Shown one piece after another: positions 19,163-30,961 of a stretch of DNA of 64,000 nucleotides. How positions within the stretch are numbered: the first letter of the stretch is position 1; each line of letters starts with the position of its first letter. The stretch covers positions 1,120,001 through 1,184,000 of the forward strand of contig CAVSNY010000007.1 in assembly GCA_963729605.1 (NCBI GenBank), written 5' to 3'. The translations under genes were made by a program, and so were the position numbers. The notes under the pieces are model-generated. The model worked only from the letters and a program-made list of their open reading frames with translations. It was not told the DNA's origin and ran no database searches. This stretch comes from an uncultured Gammaproteobacteria bacterium. GTDB lineage: Bacteria; Pseudomonadota; Gammaproteobacteria; DRLM01.

Positions 19163-20818
19163 ATGCAACGTGATGTGATGAATTACGACGTATTGATCGT
19201 CGGCGCCGGCCCGGCCGGCCTCGCCGCGGCGATCCGTTTGAAGCAACTGGCCGCGGTCGCCGGCAAGGAATTGAGCGTGTGCGTGCTCGAGAAGGGCGCG
19301 CAGGTCGGTGCGCACATCCTGTCGGGCGCGGTGATCGACCCCATCGCCATCAACGAGCTTCTGCCGGACTGGCGCGCGCGCGGCGCGCCCATCGTCACCG
19401 CGGTCAGCGACGATCAATTCCTGCTGCTTAGCGAGACCGGCCATTTCCATATCCCGCACGCGCTGGTGCCGCCGCTGATGCGCAACGACGGCTATTACAT
19501 CGTCAGCCTCGGCAAATTGTGCGCGTGGCTGGGCGAGCAGGCCGAGGCCCTCGGCGTGGAAATTTATCCGGGCTTCGCCGCCGCCGAGGTGCTGTACGGC
19601 GACGACGGCGGCGTGCGCGGTATCGTCACCGGCGACATGGGCGTCGCCAAAGACGGCACGCCCAAAGCGGGCTACGCGCCGGGCATGGAGTTGCACGCTA
19701 AATACACGTTGATCGCCGAAGGCGCGCGCGGGTCGCTCGCCAAACAATTGCGGGCGCGTTACGCGCTGGGCGAGGGCCGCGAGGTGCCGAAGTTCGGTCT
19801 CGGCTTCAAGGAACTGTGGCGGGTCGATCCGGCACGGCATCAACCCGGCAAGGTGATCCACACCTTGGGCTGGCCGCTCGACGACCGCACCGGTGGCGGC
19901 GGCTTTCTCTATCACCTCGAAGGCAATCGCGTCGCGGTGGGTTACGTGGTGCACCTCGATTACGCCAATCCTTATCTCAGCCCCTTCGACGAGTTTCAAC
20001 GTTTCAAGACCCACCCGGCGCTGCGCGAGGTGTTTACCAACGGTGAACGCCTGAGTTACGGCGCGCGCGCGATCACCGAGGGCGGGCTGCAATCGATACC
20101 CAAACTCACTTTCCCCGGCGGCGCGCTGATCGGCTGCAGCGCCGGCTTCGTCAATCTGCCGCGCATCAAGGGCAGCCACAACGCGATGAAGACCGGCATG
20201 CTGGTGGCGGAGGCGGCGTTTCAAGCAATTTGTGTGGAAGGCCGCGGCGGCGACGAACTCGGCGCCTATGCGACGGCGGTCGCCGCGTCGTGGGTTTATA
20301 AAGACCTCGACGCGGCGCGCAACGTCAAGCCCGCGCTGTCGCGCTGGGGTCTGCGCGGCGGCATGTTATATGCGGGCGTCGAGTTGTGGCTGCGCCGGTT
20401 CGGCGTCCGTCTGCCGTGGACGCTGCGCCATAGCAAGGCCGATCATGAAGCGCTGGCGCCCGCGGGCAGCCGCCAGCCCATCAATTACCCCAAGCCCGAC
20501 GGTGTGGTGAGTTTCGACCGGCTGAGCTCGGTCTATCTCGCCGGTCTGAGTCACGACGAGGATCAACCGGTGCATCTCAAACTCGCGCGGCCCGAGATCG
20601 CCATCGAACATAATTTGAAAATCTACGACGCGCCCGAGCAACGCTACTGCCCGGCAGGGGTTTATGAGATCATCCGGCCGGCCAATGAGCGGCCGCGTCT
20701 GCAGATCAACGCCGCCAACTGTGTGCACTGCAAGGCCTGCGACATCAAAGACCCCTTGCAGAACATCACCTGGGTGACGCCCGAAGGCGGCAGCGGGCCA
20801 AATTACGTGGAGATGTAG
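19163..20818 (+). CDS. ETF:ubiquinone oxidoreductase
   Basis: GAGPAGLAAA, GAHILSGA, KGSHNAMKTG, YCPAGVYE, NCVHCKACDIKDP. Confidence 0.95.
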   Translation: MQRDVMNYDVLIVGAGPAGLAAAIRLKQLAAVAGKELSVCVLEKGAQVGAHILSGAVIDPIAINELLPDWRARGAPIVTAVSDDQFLLLSETGHFHIPHALVPPLMRNDGYYIVSLGKLCAWLGEQAEALGVEIYPGFAAAEVLYGDDGGVRGIVTGDMGVAKDGTPKAGYAPGMELHAKYTLIAEGARGSLAKQLRARYALGEGREVPKFGLGFKELWRVDPARHQPGKVIHTLGWPLDDRTGGGGFLYHLEGNRVAVGYVVHLDYANPYLSPFDEFQRFKTHPALREVFTNGERLSYGARAITEGGLQSIPKLTFPGGALIGCSAGFVNLPRIKGSHNAMKTGMLVAEAAFQAICVEGRGGDELGAYATAVAASWVYKDLDAARNVKPALSRWGLRGGMLYAGVELWLRRFGVRLPWTLRHSKADHEALAPAGSRQPINYPKPDGVVSFDRLSSVYLAGLSHDEDQPVHLKLARPEIAIEHNLKIYDAPEQRYCPAGVYEIIRPANERPRLQINAANCVHCKACDIKDPLQNITWVTPEGGSGPNYVEM

Positions 20819-20907
20819 TGCGGTGATGTCGGGTGCTGATCACATTTGCTAAAAGCGGTGTGAGCAAGACCGCGCTTGTTCGATGCCGGGCGGCGTTCAA
20901 GGTAAGT

Positions 20908-20933
20908 CCCCTCTCCCGCTAGCGGGAGAGGGG
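20908..20933. repeat. Perfect hairpin CCCCTCTCCCGC-TA-GCGGGAGAGGGG
   Basis: 12-bp perfect inverted repeat between ETF:QO and tgt. Confidence 0.7.
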
Positions 20934-20990
20934 GTTGGAAGGGCCGGCGCCGGCATCCGTCATTCGGCGCGGTGTGTTCAATGAGCATAG

Positions 20991-22124
<1,134 letters not shown>

Positions 22125-22193
22125 TACCGGCCTTTCGCGGCCCCCGGGCACGGTGGGTGGCCAAAGGAATTCAAGTAAGGAGAAGAGGTTGTC

Positions 22194-22520
22194 ATGAGTT
22201 TTTTCATTTCGGATGCGTGGGCGGAAGCGGCTCCCGCCGCCCAAGACCCGGGTTTGATGGGCTTCCTGCCCTTGATCATCATCTTTGTGATCTTCTATTT
22301 TCTGCTGATGCGTCCGCAGATGAAGCGCGCCAAGGAACATCGCAAGCTGGTGGAAGCCCTGGGTAAGAACGATGAGGTGGTCACCAGCGGCGGTATCCTC
22401 GGCAAGATCACCGACGTGGAGGAAAGCATCATCACCGTGGAGATCGCCGAGGGCGTGCGCATTAAAGTGCAAAAAAGCGCGGTGTCTTCCCTCCTGCCCA
22501 AGGGTACCGTGAAAAGCTGA
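22194..22520 (+). CDS. yajC: Preprotein translocase subunit YajC
   Basis: FYFLLMRPQ, DEVVTSGGI; position in tgt-yajC-secD-secF. Confidence 0.95.
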   Translation: MSFFISDAWAEAAPAAQDPGLMGFLPLIIIFVIFYFLLMRPQMKRAKEHRKLVEALGKNDEVVTSGGILGKITDVEESIITVEIAEGVRIKVQKSAVSSLLPKGTVKS

Positions 22521-22563
22521 TACGCATCACCGACCCGCCTGAGCTGAGAAAGCACGCCTTCCT

Positions 22564-24417
22564 ATGAATCGCTACCCGCTTTGGAAATATCTCTTCATCG
22601 CCTCCATATTGCTGGTCGGTTGCATCTATGCGCTGCCCAATCTCTACGGTGAAGACCCTGCCTTGCAGATTTCCTCCACCCGCGGCGCGACAGTGGACGC
22701 CGCCACCGAAAGCCGCATCAAGGTCATGCTGCAGGAGGCCGGTCTCGCCATTCGGGGCAGCGAGCTGACGCCGGGCAATTTGCTGGTGCGTTTCAACGAG
22801 ACTCAGACCCAGCTCAAAGCGCAGGACATGGTCAAGCGCGAATTGGGCGACGATTACATCGTGGCGCTCAACCTGGCGCCGACCACCCCCGCTTGGCTGC
22901 GGGCCATCAATGCCCAACCCATGTATCTGGGCTTGGATCTGCGCGGCGGCGTGCACTTTCTGATGGAAGTGGATATGGCAGCTGTGCTGGAGCAAAGGGC
23001 GGAGCGTTACGTTGAAGATCTGCGCACCACCCTGCGCGATGAAAAAGTGCGTTACACCTCGGTGGCGCGGCGCGGCGCTAGCGTCGAGGTCAAGTTCCGC
23101 GGCGTCGAGGAGCGCAATGCCGCACGCGAGCATTTCCGTAAAACTTTCCCCGAATTGCAGTTGACCGAGAGTGAAGCGGGCGACGGCCAGCTCTTGATCG
23201 CGCAATTGACCGAGCAGCAGCAGCGCGAGACTCAGCGTTTCGCCGTGCAGCAAAACATCACCACCTTGCGCAACCGTGTCAACGAACTCGGCGTGGCCGA
23301 ACCGGTGATCCAGCAGCAGGGCGTGGACCGCATCGTGGTGCAGCTGCCCGGCGTGCAGGATACCGCGCGCGCCAAGGAAATTCTCGGCGCCACCGCCACC
23401 CTGGAATTCCGCATGGTGGACGAAGGACACAGCGCCGCCGACGCCGTGGCGGGCCGGGTGCCGCCCTCGTCGCGGCTCTATCGCAGCCGCACCGGCGAGC
23501 CGGTATTGCTGCAAAAACGCATCATCATCACCGGCGATTCCATCATCGACGCCGCCTCGACCATCGATCAGCGCGACGGCAGCCCGGCGGTGTCGATCAC
23601 CTTGGACGCCAAGGGCGCGCGCTCCATGCAGAACACCACGCAGGAGAACGTCGGCAAGCTGATGGCGGTGGTGTTCATCGAAAACAAAACCGAGACCCGT
23701 TATGTCAACGGCGAGGCGGTGAAGACCAAGAAACGGGTGGAAGAGGTGATCAACCAGGCCACCATCCGCGAGCCCTTCAGCAAACGTTTCCAGATCACCG
23801 GCCTCGACAATCCGGACGAGGCGCGCACCCTGGCCCTCTTGCTGCGCGCCGGCGCGCTGTCGGCGCCCATCGACATCATCGAGGAACGCACCGTCGGTCC
23901 GAGCCTGGGTCAAGAAAATATCGACAAGGGCTTCATGTCCTGCGTGATCGGCCTGATCGCCATTACCCTGTTCATGAGCATGTATTACCGGGTGTTCGGC
24001 GTGATCGCCAGCATTTCCTTGTTCATGAACTTGATATTGATGCTGTCGATTTTGTCCATGTTGCAGGCCACCCTCACCCTGCCGGGTATCGCCGGTATCG
24101 CGCTCACCATCGGCATGGCCATTGATGCCAACGTGCTCATCTTCGAGCGGATTCGCGAAGAGTTGCGCAACGGCAACACGCCGCAGGCGGCCATTCATGC
24201 CGGTTACGAACGCGCCTGGGGCACCATCGTGGATTCCAATATCACTACGCTCATCGCCGGCTTCTCGTTATTCCTGCTTGGTTCCGGGCCGATCCGCGGC
24301 TTCGCGGTGGTGTTGTGTATCGGCATTCTCACCTCGATGTTCAGCGCGGTGCTGGTGTCGCGCGCCATGGTGAACCTGGTTTACGGCCAGCGTAAGCTCA
24401 GCAAGCTGGCGATCTAA
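22564..24417 (+). CDS. secD: Protein translocase subunit SecD
   Basis: LGLDLRGG, RVNELGVAEP, GPSLG, DANVLIFERI. Confidence 0.97.
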   Translation: MNRYPLWKYLFIASILLVGCIYALPNLYGEDPALQISSTRGATVDAATESRIKVMLQEAGLAIRGSELTPGNLLVRFNETQTQLKAQDMVKRELGDDYIVALNLAPTTPAWLRAINAQPMYLGLDLRGGVHFLMEVDMAAVLEQRAERYVEDLRTTLRDEKVRYTSVARRGASVEVKFRGVEERNAAREHFRKTFPELQLTESEAGDGQLLIAQLTEQQQRETQRFAVQQNITTLRNRVNELGVAEPVIQQQGVDRIVVQLPGVQDTARAKEILGATATLEFRMVDEGHSAADAVAGRVPPSSRLYRSRTGEPVLLQKRIIITGDSIIDAASTIDQRDGSPAVSITLDAKGARSMQNTTQENVGKLMAVVFIENKTETRYVNGEAVKTKKRVEEVINQATIREPFSKRFQITGLDNPDEARTLALLLRAGALSAPIDIIEERTVGPSLGQENIDKGFMSCVIGLIAITLFMSMYYRVFGVIASISLFMNLILMLSILSMLQATLTLPGIAGIALTIGMAIDANVLIFERIREELRNGNTPQAAIHAGYERAWGTIVDSNITTLIAGFSLFLLGSGPIRGFAVVLCIGILTSMFSAVLVSRAMVNLVYGQRKLSKLAI

Positions 24418-24431
24418 ATAGGCGATAGTCG

Positions 24432-25367
24432 ATGGAATTTTTCCACATCAAAAAAGACATTCCGTTCATGCGCTACGCCAAGATCACCACCGTGGTCTCG
24501 GCGCTCATGTTCGTGCTGGCGGTCGCCGCGCTGGGCATGCGCGGTTTGAATTTCAGCATCGATTTCACCGGCGGCACGGTGATTGAACTGCATTATCCGC
24601 AGGCCGCCGATGTGCAGAAAATTCGCGGCGCCCTCGAAGGCGAAGAGTACCGCGATGTGACGGTGCAGAATTTCGGCAGTACCCAGGATGTGATGATCCG
24701 GCTGCGTTTGCAGGAGGGCGTGTCTTCGGCCCAGGCCAGTGAAAGCGTGATGACTTTGCTGCGGGCGCAGGATCCCAACGTCGAGTTGCGGCGGGTGGAA
24801 TTCGTCGGCCCGCAGGTCGGCGAGGAGCTGTACAACGGCGGCGCGCTGGCGCTGCTCCTGGTGTGCGCGGGCATCATGGTTTATCTGGCGATCCGCTTCG
24901 AGTGGCGTTTCGCAATCGCCGCGGTCATCGCCAATATGCATGACGTGGTGATCATTATGGGCTTTTTCGCCTTTTTTCAATGGGAGTTTTCGCTGGCGGT
25001 GCTGGCGGGCGTGCTCGCGGTACTGGGCTATTCGGTGAATGAATCGGTGGTGGTGTTCGACCGGATCCGCGAAAATTTTCGCAAGATGCGCAAGACCGCG
25101 GTGCCCGAGATCATCGACAACGCCATCACCCGTACCATGTCGCGTACCATCATCACCCATACCACTACCGAGATGATGGTGTTGGCCATGTTGTTCTTCG
25201 GCGGCGAGGCCTTGTTCTATTTTGCGTTGGCTTTGACCATCGGCATCCTATTCGGCATTTATTCATCGGTGCTGGTGGCCAGCCCGATCGTGATGTGGCT
25301 GGGCGTGTCGCGCGATAACCTGATGCCGGTGAAAAAAGAAGGCGCGGAATTCGACGTTCGGCCGTAA
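24432..25367 (+). CDS. secF: Protein translocase subunit SecF
   Basis: IDFTGG, VGPQVGEEL, GYSVNESVVVFDRIRE. Confidence 0.97.
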   Translation: MEFFHIKKDIPFMRYAKITTVVSALMFVLAVAALGMRGLNFSIDFTGGTVIELHYPQAADVQKIRGALEGEEYRDVTVQNFGSTQDVMIRLRLQEGVSSAQASESVMTLLRAQDPNVELRRVEFVGPQVGEELYNGGALALLLVCAGIMVYLAIRFEWRFAIAAVIANMHDVVIIMGFFAFFQWEFSLAVLAGVLAVLGYSVNESVVVFDRIRENFRKMRKTAVPEIIDNAITRTMSRTIITHTTTEMMVLAMLFFGGEALFYFALALTIGILFGIYSSVLVASPIVMWLGVSRDNLMPVKKEGAEFDVRP

Positions 25368-25512
25368 GCGGACCGCTCGATGTCCGGCTGAATGGATTTG
25401 CGCTGCCGCCGCGCTGCGGCGTTAGTCGGAATGCTTGATTCCGCCCCCGGCATTCTTGCCGGGGCGCTTGTTATAAAAATCCCGTTGAAAGAGTGTAACT
25501 GCCCGGCCGGGT

Positions 25513-26901
25513 TCAGGCCGTGGAGGTGGATGTCGAAGTATTGCCGGTCGCCGCCGCTTCGGCGCGATCGAATTCGATGCGATTGCGGCCCAGCCGCTTG
25601 GCGCGGTACAGGGCGTGATCGGCGCGCTGGATGATGGCCTCGGGACTTTCGCCGGGGCGGTATAAAGTGAGTCCGGCTGAGAAGGTGGGCAAGGGAATGG
25701 TGCTGCCGTCGTATTGGAAATTGGTTTCCTGAGCGCGTTTTTGCACTTTACGAAGTGCCCGCAGCGCGCCTTCGATATGCGTATTGGGCAACAACACGGC
25801 GAATTCTTCGCCGCCGTAACGGGCGACCAGGTCGTGATGGCGGAAAATGGAGAGTATCTCGGCGGCGACCACCCGCAACACCTCGTCGCCGGCGGCATGG
25901 CCCAGTTTGTCGTTGACCGCCTTGAAGCCGTCGAGGTCGATCAAGGCCAGCGTCAACGGATTGCCGTAACGTTGCACGCGACCCACTTCATCTTGCAGGC
26001 GGCGCAGGAAGGCGCGGCGGTTGGGCAGGCCGGTGAGATCGTCGGTCAAACTCAAGAGGTGGATGCGGGTCAGCTCGTCGCTGAGTTGTTGGCTGTCGGA
26101 TTCGATGACACCCAGGAAATTTTGGGCTTCCTGCAATTTGTTGGCGATGGTCCGGTGTTCCACCAACAGCGATTGGGTCTCGCTGATCAATTGTTCGCGC
26201 ACCACAACGATGTCTTGTTGCGAATTGGTTTGTTGGAGTATCTCCAATTCTTTTTCCAGCATGGCGCCGATGGAAAGATTATTCTTGATACAGGCCGCCA
26301 CCTGATGCGCCAAGGCCTGTTGAATGCGTTGGATGCCTTGCCGTTTTTCGTCCAGATGGCGGCGATACGAACCGTCCACCCGTCGTTCGGGCGGAGAGGG
26401 ACGTTCGGGATGATCGGGCGCGACATCGGAGACGGGTTCCTCCATTTCGACGGCGGCGAGCGGAGCCGCCGCGACGAGCTCCGGCTTCCTGTCGCGAATA
26501 TTGAAACTTTCCAAGAGCGGCGCGATGCCCTGTTCGATGATGTCGTCGCTCTCGCGCATGCCGCGGGCGATGTCGTCGATATGCGCATCGAGAAACGCCT
26601 TCAGCTCGGCCAGGTCGCTCGCCGTGAAGGGCGGCGTGATTCGTACTTCCAATAGTTTCAGCTGGACTTGCAAGGGCGAATCGTCGGGTAACTGACGGGC
26701 GAGGGTGTCGAGCAGCAACATCAGCAGACCGGCGTAGGTCTGTTCGATTTCCTGGCTATGGGCTTCGGCGGAGCAGAGGGTTTGTTCGATGTAAGCGAAT
26801 ATGCTGGCGCCGCTTTCGCTGCGTTTGAGCGGTTCGAGCAGCCGTAGAATTTTCTTCGTCACGCTGGCACCCAAGATGTTTTCTTTTTTGTCCGGCAACA
26901 T
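25513..26901 (-). CDS. Cytoplasmic diguanylate cyclase (helical N-terminus plus GGEEF)
   Basis: DDLTGLPNRR, DLDGFKAVND, RHHD I-site, RYGGEEF. Confidence 0.9.
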   Translation of the reverse strand: MLPDKKENILGASVTKKILRLLEPLKRSESGASIFAYIEQTLCSAEAHSQEIEQTYAGLLMLLLDTLARQLPDDSPLQVQLKLLEVRITPPFTASDLAELKAFLDAHIDDIARGMRESDDIIEQGIAPLLESFNIRDRKPELVAAAPLAAVEMEEPVSDVAPDHPERPSPPERRVDGSYRRHLDEKRQGIQRIQQALAHQVAACIKNNLSIGAMLEKELEILQQTNSQQDIVVVREQLISETQSLLVEHRTIANKLQEAQNFLGVIESDSQQLSDELTRIHLLSLTDDLTGLPNRRAFLRRLQDEVGRVQRYGNPLTLALIDLDGFKAVNDKLGHAAGDEVLRVVAAEILSIFRHHDLVARYGGEEFAVLLPNTHIEGALRALRKVQKRAQETNFQYDGSTIPLPTFSAGLTLYRPGESPEAIIQRADHALYRAKRLGRNRIEFDRAEAAATGNTSTSTSTA

Positions 26902-27256
26902 GGATTGCTCCTGTTATTGTTATCCATCCATGTTGAACGCCCCCTTCTATCCAGGTGGTGGATGTCGGGCGGCAAGAATTCCGTTTATGTGCTTAAGTTA
27001 ACCTCATTATGGACTTAAGCCCAGGCTACACCCTTTTCGCATTTAGGGGCTTCCTGACGCTGGTCACAGGGCCATCATGGCCTACCTCATAGCATTGAGG
27101 CTCATTTTATAGTCCGCAACACGCGAATTAATATAACACGGATTATAAGGGGGTAAAAACGGTTCGTGGGCGGCGGACCCTCCGTACTGCAAGGCGGCGG
27201 AAAATCGGGTATCCTTCTCCCTTTTTCCAGCCCCATCAGCTTTGTCAGGTGAGAAG

Positions 27257-28513
27257 ATGTTTACACGAGATATGAGGATAGCCGGTTTTGATGACGCGCT
27301 GTGGACGGCCATGGATCAGGAGACCAAGCGCCAGGAGGACCACATCGAACTCATCGCTTCCGAGAATTACGCCAGCCCTCGTGTGCTGGAGGCGCAAGGC
27401 TCTGTCCTCACTAATAAATATGCGGAAGGTTATCCCGGCAAACGTTATTATGGCGGCTGCGAGTACGTGGATATCGCCGAGCAGCTCGCCATCGATCGCG
27501 CCAAGGAATTGTTCGGTGCCGATTACGTCAACGTGCAGCCCCACTCCGGTTCGCAGGCCAATGCCGCCGTCTATATGGCCTTACTCAACCCCGGGGATAC
27601 CCTGCTTGGCATGAGCCTGGCCCATGGTGGACATCTCACCCACGGCGCCAAGGTCAGTTTCTCCGGCAAGATTTATAACGCGGTGCAATACGGCCTCGAC
27701 GTCGCCACCGGCGAGATCGACTACGATCAGGTGGACGCGCTGGCGCGGGAGCACAAGCCGAAGATGATCGTGGCCGGTTTCAGCGCCTATTCCCGGGTGG
27801 TGGATTGGGCGCGTTTCCGCGCCATCGCCGACGAGGTGGGCGCCTATTTGTTCGTGGACGTCGCCCACGTGGCGGGTTTGATCGCCGCCGGTCTGTATCC
27901 CAACCCGGTGCAAATCGCCGACATCACCACCACCACCACCCACAAGACCCTGCGCGGCCCGCGCGGCGGCATGATCATGGCCAAGGCCAATCCCGAGATC
28001 GAGAAGAAACTCAATTCCATGGTCTTTCCCGGCACCCAGGGTGGCCCGTTGATGCACGTGATCGCCGCCAAGGCGGTGGCCTTCAAAGAGGCGCTGCAAC
28101 CGGATTTCAAGGCCTATCAACAGCAGGTGATCGACAATGCCCGCGCGATGGCCGCGGTGATGATGGAGCGCGGCTACAAAATCGTCTCCGGCGGCACCGA
28201 CAATCACCTCTTTCTGCTGGACCTGATCGACAAGGACATCACCGGCAAGGATGCGGAGGCCGCCCTCGGCGCCTGCGATATCACGGTCAATAAAAACGCG
28301 GTGCCCAACGATCCGCGCTCGCCGTTCGTCACCAGCGGCATCCGCATCGGCACGCCGGCCATCACCACCCGCGGCTTCAAAGTCGCGGAGTCGCGGGCGC
28401 TGGCGGGCTGGATCTGCGACGTATTGTCCAATCTGAACGATTCAACCGTATTGGACCGGGTGCGGGATCAAGTGGCGGACATCACCCACCGCTTTCCGGT
28501 TTATCAAAAATAA
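27257..28513 (+). CDS. glyA: Serine hydroxymethyltransferase
   Basis: [29 protein letters not shown]. Confidence 0.98.
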   Translation: MFTRDMRIAGFDDALWTAMDQETKRQEDHIELIASENYASPRVLEAQGSVLTNKYAEGYPGKRYYGGCEYVDIAEQLAIDRAKELFGADYVNVQPHSGSQANAAVYMALLNPGDTLLGMSLAHGGHLTHGAKVSFSGKIYNAVQYGLDVATGEIDYDQVDALAREHKPKMIVAGFSAYSRVVDWARFRAIADEVGAYLFVDVAHVAGLIAAGLYPNPVQIADITTTTTHKTLRGPRGGMIMAKANPEIEKKLNSMVFPGTQGGPLMHVIAAKAVAFKEALQPDFKAYQQQVIDNARAMAAVMMERGYKIVSGGTDNHLFLLDLIDKDITGKDAEAALGACDITVNKNAVPNDPRSPFVTSGIRIGTPAITTRGFKVAESRALAGWICDVLSNLNDSTVLDRVRDQVADITHRFPVYQK

Positions 28514-28558
28514 ACCGGTTACCTGGCCGCGGGACGCGGCGGCGAAATAGGAACCAGC

Positions 28559-29086
28559 ATGCGTTGTCCGTTTTGTGGTACCGATGACACCAAGGTGGTC
28601 GATTCGCGGCTGGCCAGTGAAGGCCACTCGGTGCGCCGCCGCCGCGAATGCCTGTCCTGCGCCGAACGTTTCACCACCTTCGAGACCGCCGAACTGACCC
28701 TGCCGCCGATCGTGAAGAGCGACGGCCGGCGCGAGGTCTTCGATGAAGCCAAGCTGCGCGGCGGCATGCTGCGCGCGTTGGAGAAACGCCCGGTCGCCAC
28801 CGAGCGTTTCGAGGAGAGCATCACCCATCTGCTGCATCGTCTGCGCGCCAGCGGCGAGCGGGAAATCAGCTCGCGTTCCCTGGGCGAGTGGGTGATGGAC
28901 GAGCTGCGCAATCTGGACGAAGTGGCCTATGTCCGCTTCGCCTCGGTGTACCGCAGCTTTCAAGACGTCAACGCCTTTCGCGAAGAGATCGAACGCCTGC
29001 AGAATTCGCCGCCGCCGGACGTCAACAAGCAGCAGATTTCGCTGTTGCCGGATCCGGCGGGCAAGCGTAAAAATCCGGCGGCGTGA
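28559..29086 (+). CDS. nrdR: Transcriptional repressor NrdR
   Basis: [29 protein letters not shown]. Confidence 0.97.
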   Translation: MRCPFCGTDDTKVVDSRLASEGHSVRRRRECLSCAERFTTFETAELTLPPIVKSDGRREVFDEAKLRGGMLRALEKRPVATERFEESITHLLHRLRASGEREISSRSLGEWVMDELRNLDEVAYVRFASVYRSFQDVNAFREEIERLQNSPPPDVNKQQISLLPDPAGKRKNPAA

Positions 29087-29131
29087 GGCCGCTGCGCATG
29101 GCGCGCGTTCTTCTTGAGCGACACCCGTTTT

Positions 29132-30271
29132 ATGTTCACCAGCGCTGATCATCAATTCATGAACCAAGCCCTGCGGCTCGCCGCGCGCGGTTTGTATTCC
29201 ACCGACCCCAATCCGCGGGTGGGCTGCGTGCTGGTGCGCGACGGCGCGGTCGTCGGCAGCGGCTGGCACGGCCGGGCCGGCCAGCCTCACGCCGAGGTGT
29301 TTGCATTGCGTGAAGCGGGCGAGCGCGCCCGCGGCGCCACGGCCTATGTCACCTTGGAACCCTGTTGTCATCACGGCCGCACCCCGCCCTGCGGTGAGGC
29401 CTTGATCGCCGCCGGCGTGACGCGGGTGGTGGCGGCCATGACCGATCCCAATCCGCTGATGGCGGGAAAAGGCTTGGCGCAATTAGCGGCCGCCGGTATC
29501 GCGGTTGTATCCGGTTTACTGGCGGCCGACGCGGCGGCGCTCAATCCCGGTTTCAGCAGCCGCATGCAGCGCGGCCGGCCCTGGGTGCGGGTGAAATCGG
29601 CGATGAGCCTCGACGGCCGCAGCGCGCTTGCCAACGGCGTCAGCCAGTGGATCACCGGCGCGGCGGCGCGGCACGACGTGCAACGCTGGCGGGCGCGCAG
29701 CTCGGCGATCTTGACCGGGATCGGCACGGTGTTGGCGGATGACCCGGCGCTCAACCTGCGCTTATCGCCCGCCGAATGGAACGAGCAAGGCGAAGGCGAA
29801 ATCCGCCAACCGCTGCGAGTGGTAGTGGACAGCCGCCTGCGTCTGCCGATCGATGCGCGCGTGTTGCGGACGGCCGGTGCGACACAGGTATTCACGTGCA
29901 GCGAGGACGCCGCCCGCGCCGCGCGGCTGCGCGAGGCAGGCGGGACGGTGAGCGTGGTGCCGCCGGGCGCGGGCGGCGTGGATCTCGCCGCGCTGTTGCG
30001 TGCGCTGGGTGCGCAAGGCATCAACGAAGTGTGGGTGGAGGCCGGCCCGGCTTTGAGCGGCGCGCTGCTCGCCCAGGGTTGGGCCGATGAATTGATTCTA
30101 TACTTGGCGCCCGCCTTGCTGGGCGACGCGGCGCGCGGCGTGTTTCAACTGCCGCAGTGGACGGCGTTGAATGAAAGTCTGTCGCTCAATATCACCGACG
30201 TGCGCGCGGTGGGCGCCGATTGGCGTATCATGGCGCAAATAAATAATCGTACAGCGACGGCGCAAGACTGA
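29132..30271 (+). CDS. ribD: Riboflavin biosynthesis deaminase/reductase
   Basis: PNPRVG, HAE, TLEPCCHHGRTPPC, SLDG, VEAGP. Confidence 0.95.
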   Translation: MFTSADHQFMNQALRLAARGLYSTDPNPRVGCVLVRDGAVVGSGWHGRAGQPHAEVFALREAGERARGATAYVTLEPCCHHGRTPPCGEALIAAGVTRVVAAMTDPNPLMAGKGLAQLAAAGIAVVSGLLAADAAALNPGFSSRMQRGRPWVRVKSAMSLDGRSALANGVSQWITGAAARHDVQRWRARSSAILTGIGTVLADDPALNLRLSPAEWNEQGEGEIRQPLRVVVDSRLRLPIDARVLRTAGATQVFTCSEDAARAARLREAGGTVSVVPPGAGGVDLAALLRALGAQGINEVWVEAGPALSGALLAQGWADELILYLAPALLGDAARGVFQLPQWTALNESLSLNITDVRAVGADWRIMAQINNRTATAQD

Positions 30272-30273
30272 AC

Positions 30274-30945
30274 ATGTTTACCGGCATCATCCAAGCGAAA
30301 GGCGAGATCGCCGCGCTGCAACATCACGGCGGCGACGCCCGGCTGCGCATCGCCGCCGGCAAGCTCGATTTGAGCGATGCGTGCGTCGGCGACAGCATCG
30401 CCGTCAACGGTGTGTGTCTCACCGCGGTGGAATTGTTCGCCGGCGGTTTTCGCGCCGACGTGTCGGCGGAGACCTTGCGCTGCACCACCCTTGGCCGCTT
30501 GCGGAGCGGCGACGCGGTGAATCTGGAAAAGGCGTTGACCCTCGCGACGCCCTTGGGCGGCCATCTGGTGAGCGGTCACGTCGACGGCGTGGCCACGGTG
30601 ACGGAACGCGCCGAGATCGGCGGTTCGCTGCGGTTGGTGTTCGCCGTGCCCGCGCCCTTGGCGAAATACATCGCCGCGAAAGGCTCGATCTGCCTCGACG
30701 GCGTCAGCCTCACGGTGAACGCCGTGAACGGCGCGGTCTTCGAAGTGAACCTGGTGCCGCACACTTTGCAGGAAACCAACCTGGGCCGGCTCGCGGCCGG
30801 CGCCGAGGTCAACGTGGAGGTGGACCTGGTCGCGCGTTATTTGGAGCGTCTGGTCTTGGGCGACGACGCGGCCAAGCCGGCGGGCAGCGGTCTCACGCTG
30901 ACCGTCTTGACGCAACAGGGTTTTGTGAAAGGCGATGCGCGCTGA
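30274..30945 (+). CDS. ribE: Riboflavin synthase alpha chain
   Basis: MFTGII, GVCLT, GGHLVSGHVD. Confidence 0.95.
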   Translation: MFTGIIQAKGEIAALQHHGGDARLRIAAGKLDLSDACVGDSIAVNGVCLTAVELFAGGFRADVSAETLRCTTLGRLRSGDAVNLEKALTLATPLGGHLVSGHVDGVATVTERAEIGGSLRLVFAVPAPLAKYIAAKGSICLDGVSLTVNAVNGAVFEVNLVPHTLQETNLGRLAAGAEVNVEVDLVARYLERLVLGDDAAKPAGSGLTLTVLTQQGFVKGDAR

Positions 30946-30961
30946 CCCGCGGTCTCGCTGC

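Noticed and set aside
26902-27256. ZTP or glycine riboswitch upstream of glyA; sigma28 promoter for the diguanylate cyclase
   Set aside because: Riboswitch consensus elements not found; the TAAA..CCCGACAT spacing is off by one.
29090-30960. FMN riboswitch in the rib operon
   Set aside because: No intergenic room and no RFN consensus.
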